DNA of 64,000 nucleotides from Octopus sinensis (Eukaryota): NCBI RefSeq assembly GCF_006345805.1, contig NC_042998.1, positions 136,834,001 to 136,898,000 of the forward strand, read 5' to 3'. Shown piece by piece: positions 50,284 to 63,560 of this stretch (position 1 is its first letter; each line of letters starts with the position of its first letter). The notes under the pieces were generated by a model. It saw only the letters and a program-made list of their open reading frames with translations, ran no database searches and was not told where the DNA came from. The position numbers and the translations under genes were made by a program.

Positions 50284-51202
50284 TGTGTGTGTGTATATAT
50301 GTATATCTATTATACATTAAAAGTCAGTTTGAATCTTGTTTGCTTGCTTGCAATGTTTCTCAGTGAAATTGCCGTATAATGGGAAAATACTATGAATTAA
50401 GGTACCTTGAAATGTTAATAAGTACGGTATGAAACATGTTTCGCATAAATAGGAGCAGTAGTTGTTGAGATATTTGGTGTTTGGGGGTATACATACTAAA
50501 AACGGTGCATAATGGGAAAATGTTCCGAATACAACTCCACCCTGAAAGGGGAGAAATTCTGACTTTCGATTAGACAGTGATTTGACAACGAAAAATACAA
50601 TTTGCTTTTTTAACATTAAATGTTTCCAGTTTCGCTTTTGTCAAACGCAATATGTTCATAATTTTAGAATATTTTCAAGTGAATGTGATTTCAAAAATGT
50701 AAGATGTTTGTGCAACTAAAATATAAATACTTACGTATTTACATTTTAGTTTTCTTTGAACAATTATTTTCTAGAAAATACCATTACAAAAAGTATATTG
50801 ACATATTTGAAAAATATTTTATAATGAAAATGACTTTAAAAATACGGTAAATATTTCGTTCGTAGCCTCAGTATGGAATAGTTTTTTGCAAAAGGTTTTT
50901 TCGAGTGCATTCAACGTATCTCAACTCCACAGATTTAGCTGCTATTTCTAGCACGCCCAGCTATCACGTAACAGCTCTTTGCTATAAAGGACCCGAAATG
51001 CCTGTTACATGGTAGCAGAGCGTGCGAGAAATAGCAACCAAATCATTCCTTTTCTGGGGGAAAGGACCCGATTGCGCGTGATTTCAATGTTACATTCGTT
51101 GAAAGCATGCGAAATAACCTGAAAAAGAAAAAACCACGAAACAAAACTCGGTTGCTGGGAAACTCAGAGTTTCTCGGTGACCCGACGGGTCATGGATAGA
51201 CT

Positions 51203-51246
<44 letters not shown>

Positions 51247-51248
<2 letters not shown>

Positions 51249-51462
51249 ACGAGATAATCTACTATAATAATACTCTTGTGTTTATGAATAAGAAAGGAAG
51301 TGGTGATAGATGAATAAAGAAGGAAGGGGCGATGTCATATTTTTTCATAGTTCCCATGGTCACCGAGATAATCTACTGTAATATTACTCTTGTGTTTATG
51401 AATGAGAAAGGAAGGGGTGATAGATAAATAAGTAAGGAAGAAAGAAAGGGGTGATGTCATAT
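51247..51462. repeat. two diverged ~100-bp direct repeats
   Basis: gagataatctact..actcttgtgtttatgaat.agaaaggaag..gatgtcatat at ~51250 and ~51365. Confidence 0.8.
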
Positions 51463-51859
51463 GTGGTAGTGGTATGTAAAAGTGGGGTATGTGAATGTGT
51501 GTGCGTATGTGTGCATGTGTGTGCGTATGTGTGCATGTATTTGTGTGTGTGTGTGCCTGTGTGCACGCAATGGATGTGGGATTTTTGTAGTGTTTCAGTT
51601 ATTTGTTTTTCAGTTTCGGATGTTTTTTTCTTTTCGTTTTCAAATTTTGTGTAATATTTTGCATTGGGGTTGAGGTATTTAATGTTTTTGAGTTATTATT
51701 CTTTTGTTGTTTTTTGACCTTTGGAAAGTTAAAAAATTTGACTTATTTTTCATTTCTTTTAATTTTTGCTTTATTTTTATGTTTGTTTCTGTTGTTTTGT
51801 ATCTTTGCTCGCTTACTATTTGGGTTTATTTTTTGATTTCGGTTTCGGTGTATGTCTCC

Positions 51860-52115
51860 ACTGTCCTGTTTTTGTTTCCAACTTTGACCCTCTATAGATC
51901 CCAAATTTTATTTTGGTACTTATGGGAGCAACTGTCTTCGAAGACTCATATTGTCGTTCAATTCTCAAAATGAGGAATAGATAGACAGCCGACAACTGTT
52001 GAAGGGTCGTTCTTTGTGTTACTTACCCTGTTTTCCATTTGTTTCTCTCGTTCTTTGCATATTGAACTCATTGATTTTCGTATTTCATGTTGTTTACTGT
52101 TGGTGACGCCCTGTA
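51860..52115. repeat. dispersed repeat, inverted copy of 17690-17960
   Basis: Reverse-complement homology. Confidence 0.75.
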
Positions 52116-52194
52116 CCCATATATACATATGAATATATATGTATATATATATATATATTATATATATATATATATAATATATATATATATATAT

Positions 52195-52314
<120 letters not shown>

Positions 52315-52358
52315 TATAAATATATATACTTTTATATATATATATATACATATATATA

Positions 52359-52427
<69 letters not shown>

Positions 52428-53186
52428 CGATTTTACCTTCCATCCTCTTAGAATCGATAAAATAAAGTACTAGTCAAATACTCGACTTTGGTCCTTCCCT
52501 CAAAATTGCCGCTAAGATTTTAAACAATTGCATTTCCTTTCGTATTTGGAAAATTGCAAATACATAACTTGACGACCCTTGCAAGTGACGTCCACTCGAC
52601 TGCATCAATAGCTAGTATTTTCAGTTATCCTTACAGACATCTTTGGCCTTCCGCTACAATTAAGATTTCCCAAAAGACAATCGAGAAGTCACTTACTAAT
52701 ATAGTCCAATCATTAAGGCACAGACATATTGTCTCCTTACTATTCAGTTTTCCTGCTACCACAATTAGAGGCCTCTGCTTCTCTGAAGTGGCTAATCATT
52801 TGCCATCTTTAGTCGAGTCCACCTGAATCACTCCTCCTCCTGTCACAAATACTGCGACCACTTTATACTGGCCGCTACTACCCTTTTTTGCCAAACACGT
52901 CGGCCTTTTGGAAATGTTTTTCTATCTTTCAGTCTACTGGCAGTTTTTCAAGAATTCGCAAGGAAGGGTATTTTCAATGTCCGAATAAGTAAATGAATCT
53001 AGATTTTATATTGGAACTGTATTAATTTTTTAGCTACATTTTTACTGAAACAGCCGGTTGTTTGACTTGTAACAACAAACATTTGACTCTAGGCAGTCTT
53101 GAAGTAATCTACACTCCGTCTTGTATTGTGAAACTCCACTATATGGAGGCACCAAATTAGTTACAAGTTACAGACTATATTCACAA

Positions 53187-53605
53187 CAAATATCTGACTT
53201 TTTTATTAACTTTTAACAAAAACAAACTTTGAGGTTTTTCAGATTTCTGCTTGAGACTAGTTATTTTTAGTGATGGACATAAGTGGGAAGTGTTGGAACA
53301 TGGTGTGTGCCTAATTCTCCCTTTTGAAAGTGTTTTATGTTCAACGTCTATTAAAGTTTCCTCAATAAAAATATATTTATCTGTTATAGTAACGCATGCA
53401 TAAATATATTTGTCTATTACAGTAATGCATGCATATAGATAGTATGGTAAGAGTGACTCGCTATTGTGGTTTAATTTGGTAGTGAAAGTACAAATATCTG
53501 ACTTTTTTATTAACTTTTAACAAAAACAAACTTTGAAGTTTTTCAGATTTCTGTTTGAGACTAGTTATTTTTAGTGATGGACATAAGTGGGAAGTGTTGG
53601 AACAT
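53187..53605. repeat. ~115-bp direct duplication (53187-53301 and 53491-53605)
   Basis: caaatatctgacttttttattaac...gggaagtgttggaacat occurs twice with few mismatches. Confidence 0.9.
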
Positions 53606-53714
53606 TATAACTGTAATGTGTTCGCATCTATTTTCTTGCACTGCTCCCTGCTAGTATGCCTCTGACCCACAATATTTTATCTGCTATCAAACCTTCATAT
53701 TATTCTTTCTATTT

Positions 53715-54005
53715 TACTTATTTCATTCACTAGACTGCTGCCATGCGGAGGGCACTGAGTTGAAGGGTGTAGTCAAACAAATCAACCCCACTTATTTTTT
53801 CAAGACTGTCACTATTGTTCTTTTATGCTGATAATACCTATGGTGTGACGACAAAAAACGCACGCACACACGCACACATATTCACGACAGGCTTCTACAG
53901 TTTTCGTCTAGCAAATTCTCACACAAGGTATTGATTGGAGTTGGGCTATAGAAGACACTTGCCCAAACAGCCACACAGTGGGACCAAACCCCAAACCTTG
54001 TAGTT
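53715..54005 (-). mobile_element. SINE family A (degenerate)
   Basis: gggctatagaagacacttgccc..cacacagtgggacc. Confidence 0.7.
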
Positions 54006-55494
54006 CTAATAGAAATATCACATAGAATATCAGTTTCAATTAATAAATTTATGCATAAAATTTATACCCCAGGGGAGCGTAGTGTTTATTAGAGGTGAGG
54101 TGAAAGAGAATAAATATATAAGTTTTTATGACTACGAGTAACAGGCAGAACATACACGGAAAGAGAAAGTAATAAGTGAATGAATTCGATTTGTAGGCGA
54201 AGTAAATGACTTGTTAGTAAGAAGAGTGTTAGAAATAAACTATAGAGATAGACAAATAAGCAAGTAACGAATGAGTGAAATGACATTCGCATTCAGTCCA
54301 TATTTTTATCGCTCTCCCATTTTCTTGCCATCTACCGTGTACATATCATGTATCTAGATGTGGACTGTGAAATACTCATTCAGGACATGTACCACAATTT
54401 CGTAAGGTAGGGTCGATGGGGGCGGGGAGAGAAAATTAGGTTTAGCGTTATGATCCGTGATTACATTAGTGAATGAGTTTAATATTTATGATGAATGTAC
54501 CGCTTTTTGGGTAACAACGTTCACCTACCACTCCAAGAATATATAATAATCCAAGCTGGCGACAGAAGTAAACACTAACAAGCACCCTGTAAACTCAGAC
54601 TTCGTTTTGGTATAACCGATATCCAGTTTAATAGGGTACGGTTTACCGACGGCTTACTGTACTTCATTTAAAGTTACTTCATCTACATGCATTAGATTCT
54701 GTTCCCCCCCTCTCTCTCTCACACACAACACACACACACACACATGCTGTTTGTTTTTGACGTCCGTAAACATCTAACTAAACGCATTGATTTGATTCTT
54801 TTATTTTTTCAGATCAAGTATAACGTTCATTTGATCTTAGACCACGTCCTTTGGAAAATATTTTGTACTCACGTGAGGTAAAATGAAATATTGTGACATT
54901 CAGTCCTTTCCAATTAACATAAAAGGTTTAATGAGCATAATGAAGATGTTTGGATGCGCAATTAAGTAAGGAGTTTAACATTTTCCTCTTGCAAACTAGA
55001 ATTTTCTGGTTTCTGAAACTTCAATACTGATAGAGAAATTATTGATCTTATTAATAAATACAAACGATATGATTTAGTTTTACTGTTTATTTCAGTCGAG
55101 GATTGTTAGGATATATTAGATCTGTCGATGTTGAAATAGCCTGAAAAGAACAAAAAAAACCGATTAGGTTACTACATAAAACAGCGTGCTTAAGAAAGCC
55201 TAAAACAATTTACTATAATTAATCTGCAGTTTTAAACCTTGGGTATAAAAATAGAAAAAAAAAAGAAAAAGAAAAAAGACAGATGTAAAAAGACTTATTT
55301 TCACATACAGAAAAATAGATTATTCTAGTTGGTATATAGATCTGTTTACCACTCATAATAAAGAAAAATACTCTTTTTAACACAAAGAGAACATTTAACA
55401 TCTGCTATGTATTGCAAAAACAAGCTGCAATGTCTAGACTAATTTGTATAAATTGAGATCGTCGGCTGCGAGACTGAATACTATATATTTTTTT

Positions 55495-55920
<426 letters not shown>

Positions 55921-57096
55921 GTGCCTAATACATATTCATTCACAGTTCAACATGTATTAAATTAAGGCAAGTTTCAAGAAGCTAAACTACATTTTAATTT
56001 TTTTTACCCTGACACTCTACACATATGTAATTACACGTCGTTATATTTTCGCACTCAAAACAATTAAGATTTTCTTGACTTGTTTCATGGTTGGTTGACC
56101 AGTCGAGAACACATACATCCTTGACCTTTCTGTCCACGTAGAAAGCTTATAACAATCATCATTAAAATGTAGCATAATTCCGAATGCAAACCGGGCGTTC
56201 GTCGATAGTGTGATTAAATAAGTCAGCGTGTAATAGAATTAAATTATATTTACAGTAGCAAAAATGCAGCTTAAAACTCTTGGCTGTGAGATCTTATTTG
56301 TTATCCGAAGAAAAAGGAAAACGTTTCTCATTACTTATAAATGACAAAATCAAAAGATCTACCCACAGCAATATTATTTCATCATGGAATATAGAAGAAT
56401 CGTAAATTGAAAACTCTATCGCTGGGTAGTCACAAAATGTTACTAGCTCTTTTCATAAATTTATAAGATACATTTATGACACAGAACATTTTATATAGAC
56501 GTTTTATCAAAATGCTTAATTCATAGGGTTTAATACTTCCCCTAGCTGTCTTTTCAACAGCTGTCTGATGGTATATAAAGCATAAATTTAAAAGAATAAG
56601 AAACAGAACTTAAGAATACTAGTGTGCGCTTGTTAATATCAGCCTTTAATCTGGAAATCTATATCAGTCAATCACGGTAGTGGTTGAATATATTAAGTCC
56701 ACCATTTCGTCAAGCGCAGCAGCTCCAAGCTTCACAACTAATTCAGTTCTCAACCAAATTACAAACTGTTAACAGTTTTGAAGAGGACACCTCCTCAGCT
56801 ACACTTTGGCATAAATAATTTGAGGTTTGGTTCAGTAGAAAAAAATTACATCAAAATATATGCGACCTCAGGGCAAGCAGTAAGGCTCCTATTCACCTTC
56901 ACTTAACATAAACTTTTTAATTTTAAATTCAAAGTATACCTTTCTTAGGCTTAAATGATAGAAAAATGCATGCGGAATTCAGAATCACTAGTCGTAATGA
57001 GTTAAAATGTTACGAAATTTCCTGACAGTAAGTAAGGAAGTAACGCTTCAGCTATAAGAATAAAGAATATATTTCTAAATTCAAAGTTTTCTTTCC

Positions 57097-57560
57097 AAGG
57101 CGAGGAGCTGACAGGCGCGTTAGCTCCCCGGATGAAATACTTTGCTGTATTTCGTCTTTCTTTACGTTTTTGAGTTCAAATTTCGCCGAGGTCATCTTTG
57201 ACGTACATATTATTTCATCAATTTTTTTTTTTAGATTAACACTTTCAAACTTCCGATACTGGTAGAATGTGTCACATAGAACAGGGTCTACTCCTAACTT
57301 TTTTGAAAAAATTCGTATTTTAGAAGCGGTATTTCGTCTGTCTTTACGTTCTGAGTTCAAATTCAGTCGGGGTCGATTTGCCTTCCACCCATTTTTGATC
57401 TTTTCAATTAGACGTGCAGATTATTCAATTAATTTTTTAAAACTAAACACTTTCAAACTTCCGATACAGGTAGAATGTTTCACATAGAACAGGGTTTACT
57501 CTAAAAATTTTGGACGAAATTTTGTATTTAGAAGTTATTCCGTCAGAAGTTACAGAGTGA
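57097..57560 (+). repeat. duplicated SINE-B head plus ~110-bp repeat
   Basis: gtatttcgtct..tttacgtt..gagttcaaatt and aacactttcaaacttccgatac.ggtagaatgt each occur twice. Confidence 0.7.
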
Positions 57561-58351
57561 CAATGGACAAATTCGTGTTTTGATAAGTGCCAATACACGA
57601 AACTCTCTTACTTCTGCCGATGATATATATACATATTACATATATGTGTAAAAAAAATCTCATCACGCAATCGAACCAATGAAAGAGCCTCTACCTGGTC
57701 GCTCGACACGCAAACATAGCAGCCAAAGTATCCCCCTACCTAAATCACACGCCCATTGTATGTAATGTCCTACATTATCCCTAAAAAGACGGTTTCCTGA
57801 AGGCTGGAACGTCTTTGATGATAGGTTTGCAGTATCAGGGTTGATTTGAGGCTAAATAACAACAACATTATGGTTAATTTCTATATTAACACGCACACGA
57901 TTTTCACTAAGAAAACAAATTTGATTTTTTGTGTGGAATCAAGTACCCTGACCTTCTAATATGCTGCAAATCCCTTATTTTTGTTCGGAAAAAATTAGGT
58001 GGGGTTTCCCCTATCCCAGAATCATTGGAAATGTTTTTCGTTGAATGAATTCCTGTGACCTAATATTGCAAAATTAGGTTACTTAAGGTAAGCCTGGTAA
58101 CTGATGGTTTTGGGGTCTTATTGTTTGTAACATTTAGTGAGCCATGGTGCAACCAACAACGTGGTAAAAATCACTGCCATTAATTTGGTGTAGATGGGTA
58201 ATATCAGATAATTCAATCACAACATATATTGAAATTAAACATGAAAAATATTGAAATATTATCATCACTTACATGGAAAAATTGAAATATTATCTTTCAG
58301 TATTTTGCAAGGCTAATTATCTTATAACAGCAATCCCTGGAAAAATCATGG

Positions 58352-58851
58352 ATTACATGGAAAAATGCGAGTATGAAGAATAATATTCTTAAGATTATAA
58401 ACCTAGAAAAGTACAGGACAAGTTAGTACACCTGTAAAAGAATAGGACAAATTATTACTTCAAGTAAAGTAAAGGATAAGAAACTTTTTATTTAAAATAT
58501 TGCAGCTAAAATTAAAATTTGAATATTAAAACTTATTTTATTATAATTTACAAATAACACTATACTTATTTGATTAGAATTTGGCTAAATTACTATCTTA
58601 AATACAAAAAAGTGACTAATTACACAAACAAATTAGCTGAACAGTTTTGTACAATAAATTTAAAAGATGAGAACTCTAATTAGAAGAACTGGCATTTTTT
58701 GCTGCAATATTTTAAAAAGTTTCTTATTCTTTACTTTACTTGAAGTAATAGTTTGTCCTATATATTTACCGGTGTAATAACTTGTCCTGTACTTTTCCAG
58801 GTTTATAATGTTAAGAATATTACTTTTCATGCTCGCATTTTTCTATGTAAT
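58352..58851. mobile_element. MITE/foldback element with ~155-bp inverted arms
   Basis: 58352-58506 is the diverged reverse complement of 58701-58851; AT-rich spacer. Confidence 0.75.
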
Positions 58852-60150
58852 ACAAAAATGTGTAATGGTGTCTGTCTGTGTGTGTGTTTGGGGTTACTTT
58901 TCCCACACCGTCCAACCGATTTTAATGATTTGGGGCACATAGGTAGATCACATACCCTGAAGTTCAAATAAGGCCGGAATTTTTCGAAAACTCGATAATG
59001 CTTAGTTAGCGTCGATTTTTGTGAGCTCAATCGGACGTTTCAATGGAAATTTCCATAACGATGTTATTTTTCCTGCAGCTTTTGCATTTTTTCCGATTTT
59101 GATGAAAATAGATGAGTGAGTGAGGCTCATGGCAGTGTGTTGATGTCAGTATATGGCGTTGAAAAAAAATCGGTAATTGCGTCTGAGCAATGGTTTTATG
59201 AAATCAATAGGCCGTAACTTTTATATTTTTTATCCGATTTTAATGAAATTTGAGCTGTAAGTAAATGTTGTGGTGCAAGAGATGGTAAAAATGTTTATTT
59301 AATTGAAAAGGACACAAATGCAAATAAGCATTTCCTTAGAGACATACTTTTGTAGAAATTTTGTAGAATTTTGTAGAAATTTTGTAGATTTTGTAGAAAT
59401 TTTATACGTGATTACGGTTCGTGTCCATTAGTCGATGCCAGCGTGAACAGTTGACAAAAAATCGATAATTGCGCGTGAGCGGGGGATTTTAAGAAATCAA
59501 TAGACCTTTTGTATGCAATTACCCATAGGATTGATATTTTATGCTGTAACTTTTACAGAATTCATCCGGTTTTGATGAAATTTGACATTTAGGTAAAGTT
59601 TATGATCGGAGTCATTTAGTAGAATTAAGATTAAACTGGTGAAAGACAGAAATTGTCAAAATTCTCTCATAATAAAAATAATAAACTGATTTTGAAGAAA
59701 ATTGACCTATGATTAAATTAAACATCTCGATATATAAAACATCGATTATTCGTATAATGAATTGGGATTTAAAAATCAAAAGAATATTTTCATGTGAATG
59801 GGTCACATGAATTCTATTTTATGACGCACCCTTAACACTTTTCTTCGGATTTTGCTGAGATTGGACACGCAGATCAATTTTGTACAGAGGGTGGAATTAA
59901 GGGGAGAGAAATAGACAAACATAACTCCCAACAGGTCGAGCTACACCCAAAAGTTTGACTGCGATTTCAGACGGTCCAGTTAGTAGGGGTTTGTCAAAAG
60001 CGTTAACCAGGTAAAATTCCTTGCCGAACCAGATATAAAATCTCAATGGGTAAAAGATGACACGGGGAACGTAGAAGATTTCAATACAAGGTCAGAGGTG
60101 GGCTTAACTTCAACACGGAAAACACGAGCAACACCGGGCCCAACAGCTAG
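58842..60150 (+). mobile_element. non-autonomous Helitron-like element
   Basis: TCTATGTAATACAAAA-like 5' end followed by ctgtctgtgtg; repeated ccgattttgatgaaat motif; 3' cacgagcaacaccgggcccaacagCTAG|T. Confidence 0.65.
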
Positions 60151-60168
60151 TTAATATATAAAGTCATA

Positions 60169-60174
60169 TTTAAT
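60169..60174 (-). terminator. candidate polyadenylation signal ATTAAA
   Basis: About 30 nt downstream of the prepropeptide stop codon. Confidence 0.4.
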
Positions 60175-60202
60175 TTTATCGGATACGTTACCCTGTAAAG
60201 TT

Positions 60203-60463
60203 TCAGCCAGACACTTTGATAACTCGACAATTACGTATTCCATAGCAAGGACTTTTTGTAGTGGTTGGACGATACTTTGGTCTTCGAACAAGACGTTTTT
60301 CTCTGTTAGAAAACACAGCACTGCGTTTTTCTAGAGAGAAAGCATCACGAAGACCTCCAGCTCTAGACAGGTTATCTTCGTACACAATTACACTTCTTGC
60401 AATGCACGTCTCCAGAAGCCCAACCAGGAGGACTGCATAAATTAAACTGACAATTTTAACCAT
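60203..60463 (-). CDS. 86-aa secreted prepropeptide (candidate antimicrobial, venom or neuropeptide precursor)
   Basis: aacATGG start; hydrophobic signal MVKIVSLIYAVLLVGLLETCIA; KR and REKR processing sites; C-terminal Cys-X5-Cys peptide ending in Gly-stop. Confidence 0.75.
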   Translation of the reverse strand: MVKIVSLIYAVLLVGLLETCIARSVIVYEDNLSRAGGLRDAFSLEKRSAVFSNREKRLVRRPKYRPTTTKSPCYGIRNCRVIKVSG

Positions 60464-60498
60464 GTTGAAGATGTTTAGTGTTGTCTGTTTCAACTCTC

Positions 60499-60505
60499 TT
60501 TTATA
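60499..60505 (-). promoter_or_regulatory. TATA box of the prepropeptide gene
   Basis: Minus strand gcTATAAAAgag about 40 nt upstream of the ATG. Confidence 0.55.
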
Positions 60506-60905
60506 GCATTGATTCAGTCATTGTTCTGTCGCATATTCATTTTTATGCACGTGTTTGGCTGCAATTTTATTGATCCTTTGCTATACCCTCGTGCGCTCAG
60601 TAAGCAGTGTTAAAACAGCTTACATTGCAAATATTGTTGTTTACATCTGTTGCTCACAGATTAAGTGTATTACAACAATCCAATTTATTCTATTATTTTA
60701 GATTACAAAAGGCTCTACTACTTAAGAAATCATCACTGTAAGTGTGTGTTGGATTATATTGATATCCTTCGCTGTATCTCGCTGTATTAAGAAAAGCCAG
60801 TCGAACACGTTTTTGATGAATATTTTTCCATTGTTAAAAGATACTTTAAAAAGTATTTGAAATGCTAATAATTTTGGTAGAAAGGAAACCTAAAATATTG
60901 GGTAA

Positions 60906-61700
60906 TATGCAAGGTTCATTCCAGAAGTTTTCAGACTTTTCAGGAGAAACATTCATTTTAGAGTAGTACAAAGCTCTAATTTACTTCGAGGCAGGGTCCT
61001 CTGACTTCAATGCACTTGCTGTAGCGTTCCAGCTATTTCGTGAAGGCCCCATGGATTTTCTTCAAAGTGGAGGTGTTCATGACAAGAGTCCTGGATACCA
61101 TCACTTTGGGGGACTTCTTTCTCAAAACGACTGCCATTGGAGTTTTCCTTCAGCTTGGGGAACGTCCAAAAGTCACAAAGAACAAGGTCAGGACAGCAGG
61201 AAGAATGAGAGACAGTTTTGATGCCCGTCTCTGTCAAGTAGTTGGTCACCAGGATGCTCATTATCGAACACCTTGGGAACAAACTTTGCACAAATTTTGA
61301 ACATGTTCAGATTTTAGAGAAAAAAACCTGTGTACATTTGTCACACTCACTCCAAAATGTAGGTTTATTGTCTTTGTAGATACACGACGGTCTTCATCAA
61401 GTAATTTGCGAATTCTTTTCAACGACCTTTGATGCTCTGACATCCGTCTCCCTCCCACACCTCTTATCGTTACTTTTATCTTTCTACCGTCCTTGAAATT
61501 CCTGTAGCAGCGAAAAAAGTTTATTTGAAAATGACCTGGGAGCATTTCATAATGTTCAGTAGTGTTTATACCAAGTTTAACACAAAACTTTATTGCATAA
61601 CGAACTTCCAAAATGTCCCGACTGCATTCTGCTAACTAACAAACAAGGAATATTTAGTAGGTTGTGTTTAAAGTGCTGCTGCAACCGTCTCCTTCAATCT
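60906..61700 (-). mobile_element. mariner transposon remnant
   Basis: HTH-like EVRYAIKFCVKLGINTTEHYEML; CCPDLVLCDFWTFPKLK (degenerate YSPDLAP.DF.LFPKLK); TIR-like aaggttcattccagaagttttcagactttt at ~60911; internal deletion. Confidence 0.8.
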
Positions 61701-61784
61701 GGAATAACAAAAGCTGGCCGGTTATCTTATGCATCTGATTCATAATATATAGTAATGATATATTAAAGTTACAATAATAAAGCA

Positions 61785-62065
61785 TAGATATAACTCGCGG
61801 TCGGAGGATTGCGATTTCGATTCCCAGACCGGGTGTTGTGTGTGTTTATTGAGCGAAAACATCTAAAAGTTCACAAGGCTCCGGGAGTGGGTGGGGGTGA
61901 CCCCTGTTGTACTCTCTCGCCTCAACTTTCTCTCACTCTCTCTTCCTGTTTCTTGAGTAACGCTTCGATGGACTGGCGTTCCGTCCAGCTGAGGGGAACA
62001 CATACGCCACGGAAACAGGGAAGCCGGACCCATGAACCTGGATAGGCATGAAAAGGGTGACGTCT
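61785..62065 (+). mobile_element. tRNA-derived SINE (family D)
   Basis: B-box-like gatttcgattccc; tail gactggcgttccgtccagctgaggggaaca...gggaagccggacccatga. Confidence 0.55.
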
Positions 62066-63299
62066 ATCGTTTATTTGTCTGGTGGGAATGGTTCAATAAA
62101 AAAATGTTCATTTGAATATCTTTATACATTTCTCCAAAATACATTTGTATTTCTGAGATTTACCTATCGGGAAGGTTTTCCAATAAAATTAACAGCCAAG
62201 CTAATGGCATTTTTTCCACAACTTTGTACATCTTCAGTTGTAATATGGTGAAAACAATAAAAATAAGTAGCCTATCGGATAAGTGGTTTTCTTGTGGATC
62301 TTCAGATGCAATATTACTTGGCTTACTTACAAGGAAAGAAACTTGGAGGACTTCTAGACTACAATTACTTATCAGTTTGAATGATTAAATATATATTCTA
62401 TTAGTGGCATAATAGCAACCGTTCTATTTCGTATGTTAATGCAGTATTGTTGTAATCTTGATTAATCATAGAAATGTCTGCTAGATTAATTGTTTGTTAA
62501 TATATGCACAAGGGAAATTTAATGAGGAAGAAGTTAGTGGATTACATAGATCAAGTACATGGCTGGTACTTTATTTAATCTCAGACGGACAAAAGGTAAA
62601 AGCGATCTCGGTGATATCTTAAGTCAAGATGTAAAAAGCTGGAAAAATGCCATAAGTTTCTGATGCTGTTGTCAATCCACCACCCAACAAATGTAGAGAA
62701 CTTGAAAATTAAATCAGATAATTTTCTTTTCCCTATTTTTGTTTACGATGTTTTACACAATTGATATGAGAAATGTTCCCAGCTACTAGATAATCCGATA
62801 TCAACGTAATTATTAACTGATGGATTAATGTATAATAATCTGAAGTATTACTGAGATTGGAAGGCACTGATTCGAATCTATTATCCCGTTATATTTGATT
62901 TTCCTAATTATTAATTGAATTCTGTGATGATTGGACTTGAACATTCCATAATGCATTCTGTTTAGAGACATAATATCTGGATTGTGTATGTTCAACAATA
63001 TTTTGTTACAAGTGAATGAGTCTGCAAGATGTTTCAGATAATACTTAATATTTATGTAAGTGGCGGAAGTTGAGTTTGCTGTCCCTCAATCTGGAGTCAT
63101 TAAAAGGAGTATGTGTGTGTGTGTGTGTGTGTGTGTGTACACGCACGCACGTCTGTTGTGTAGACATGTGTACCTATATATGTATGTGTGTGTATGCATG
63201 TGTGGAGTGTATATGTGTATATATTCAAGTTTCTGCCTCTTTGTGTGTGTCTACTTTTGTGTATCTGTACGTGCATGACTGTCCGTACTACCTATGTAT

Positions 63300-63560
63300 A
63301 TACTACCTACTTACGTACATATCTATCTATCTTTCTACCTATCTACCTACCTACCTACCTACCTACCTACCTACCTACCTACCTACCTACCAACCAACCT
63401 ACCTACCAGTTAGCTTGCCTGACTCCCAACCTATCTACCTACATAATTTACTAAGTAACTAACAATCTATATAACTGACCTAACTTAACTACCTACCCGT
63501 CTCCCTACCTACCTACCTACCTACCTACCTACCTACCCATTTATCTACTTGACTGCCTAC
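63300..63560. repeat. (CCTA)n microsatellites
   Basis: Directly visible. Confidence 0.9.

Noticed and set aside
52500-53000. Possible LINE C-terminal remnant
   Set aside because: Too degenerate to assign by eye.
60224-60244. CYGIRNC resemblance to oxytocin/conopressin/cephalotocin rings
   Set aside because: The ring has five rather than four internal residues, lacks the PxG-KR tail, does not follow the signal peptide, and there is no neurophysin domain.
60464-60493. Upstream extension of the peptide ORF (MKQTTLNIFN)
   Set aside because: Starts at TTG within a few nt of the TATA box; the ATG at 60463 has good context and begins the signal peptide.
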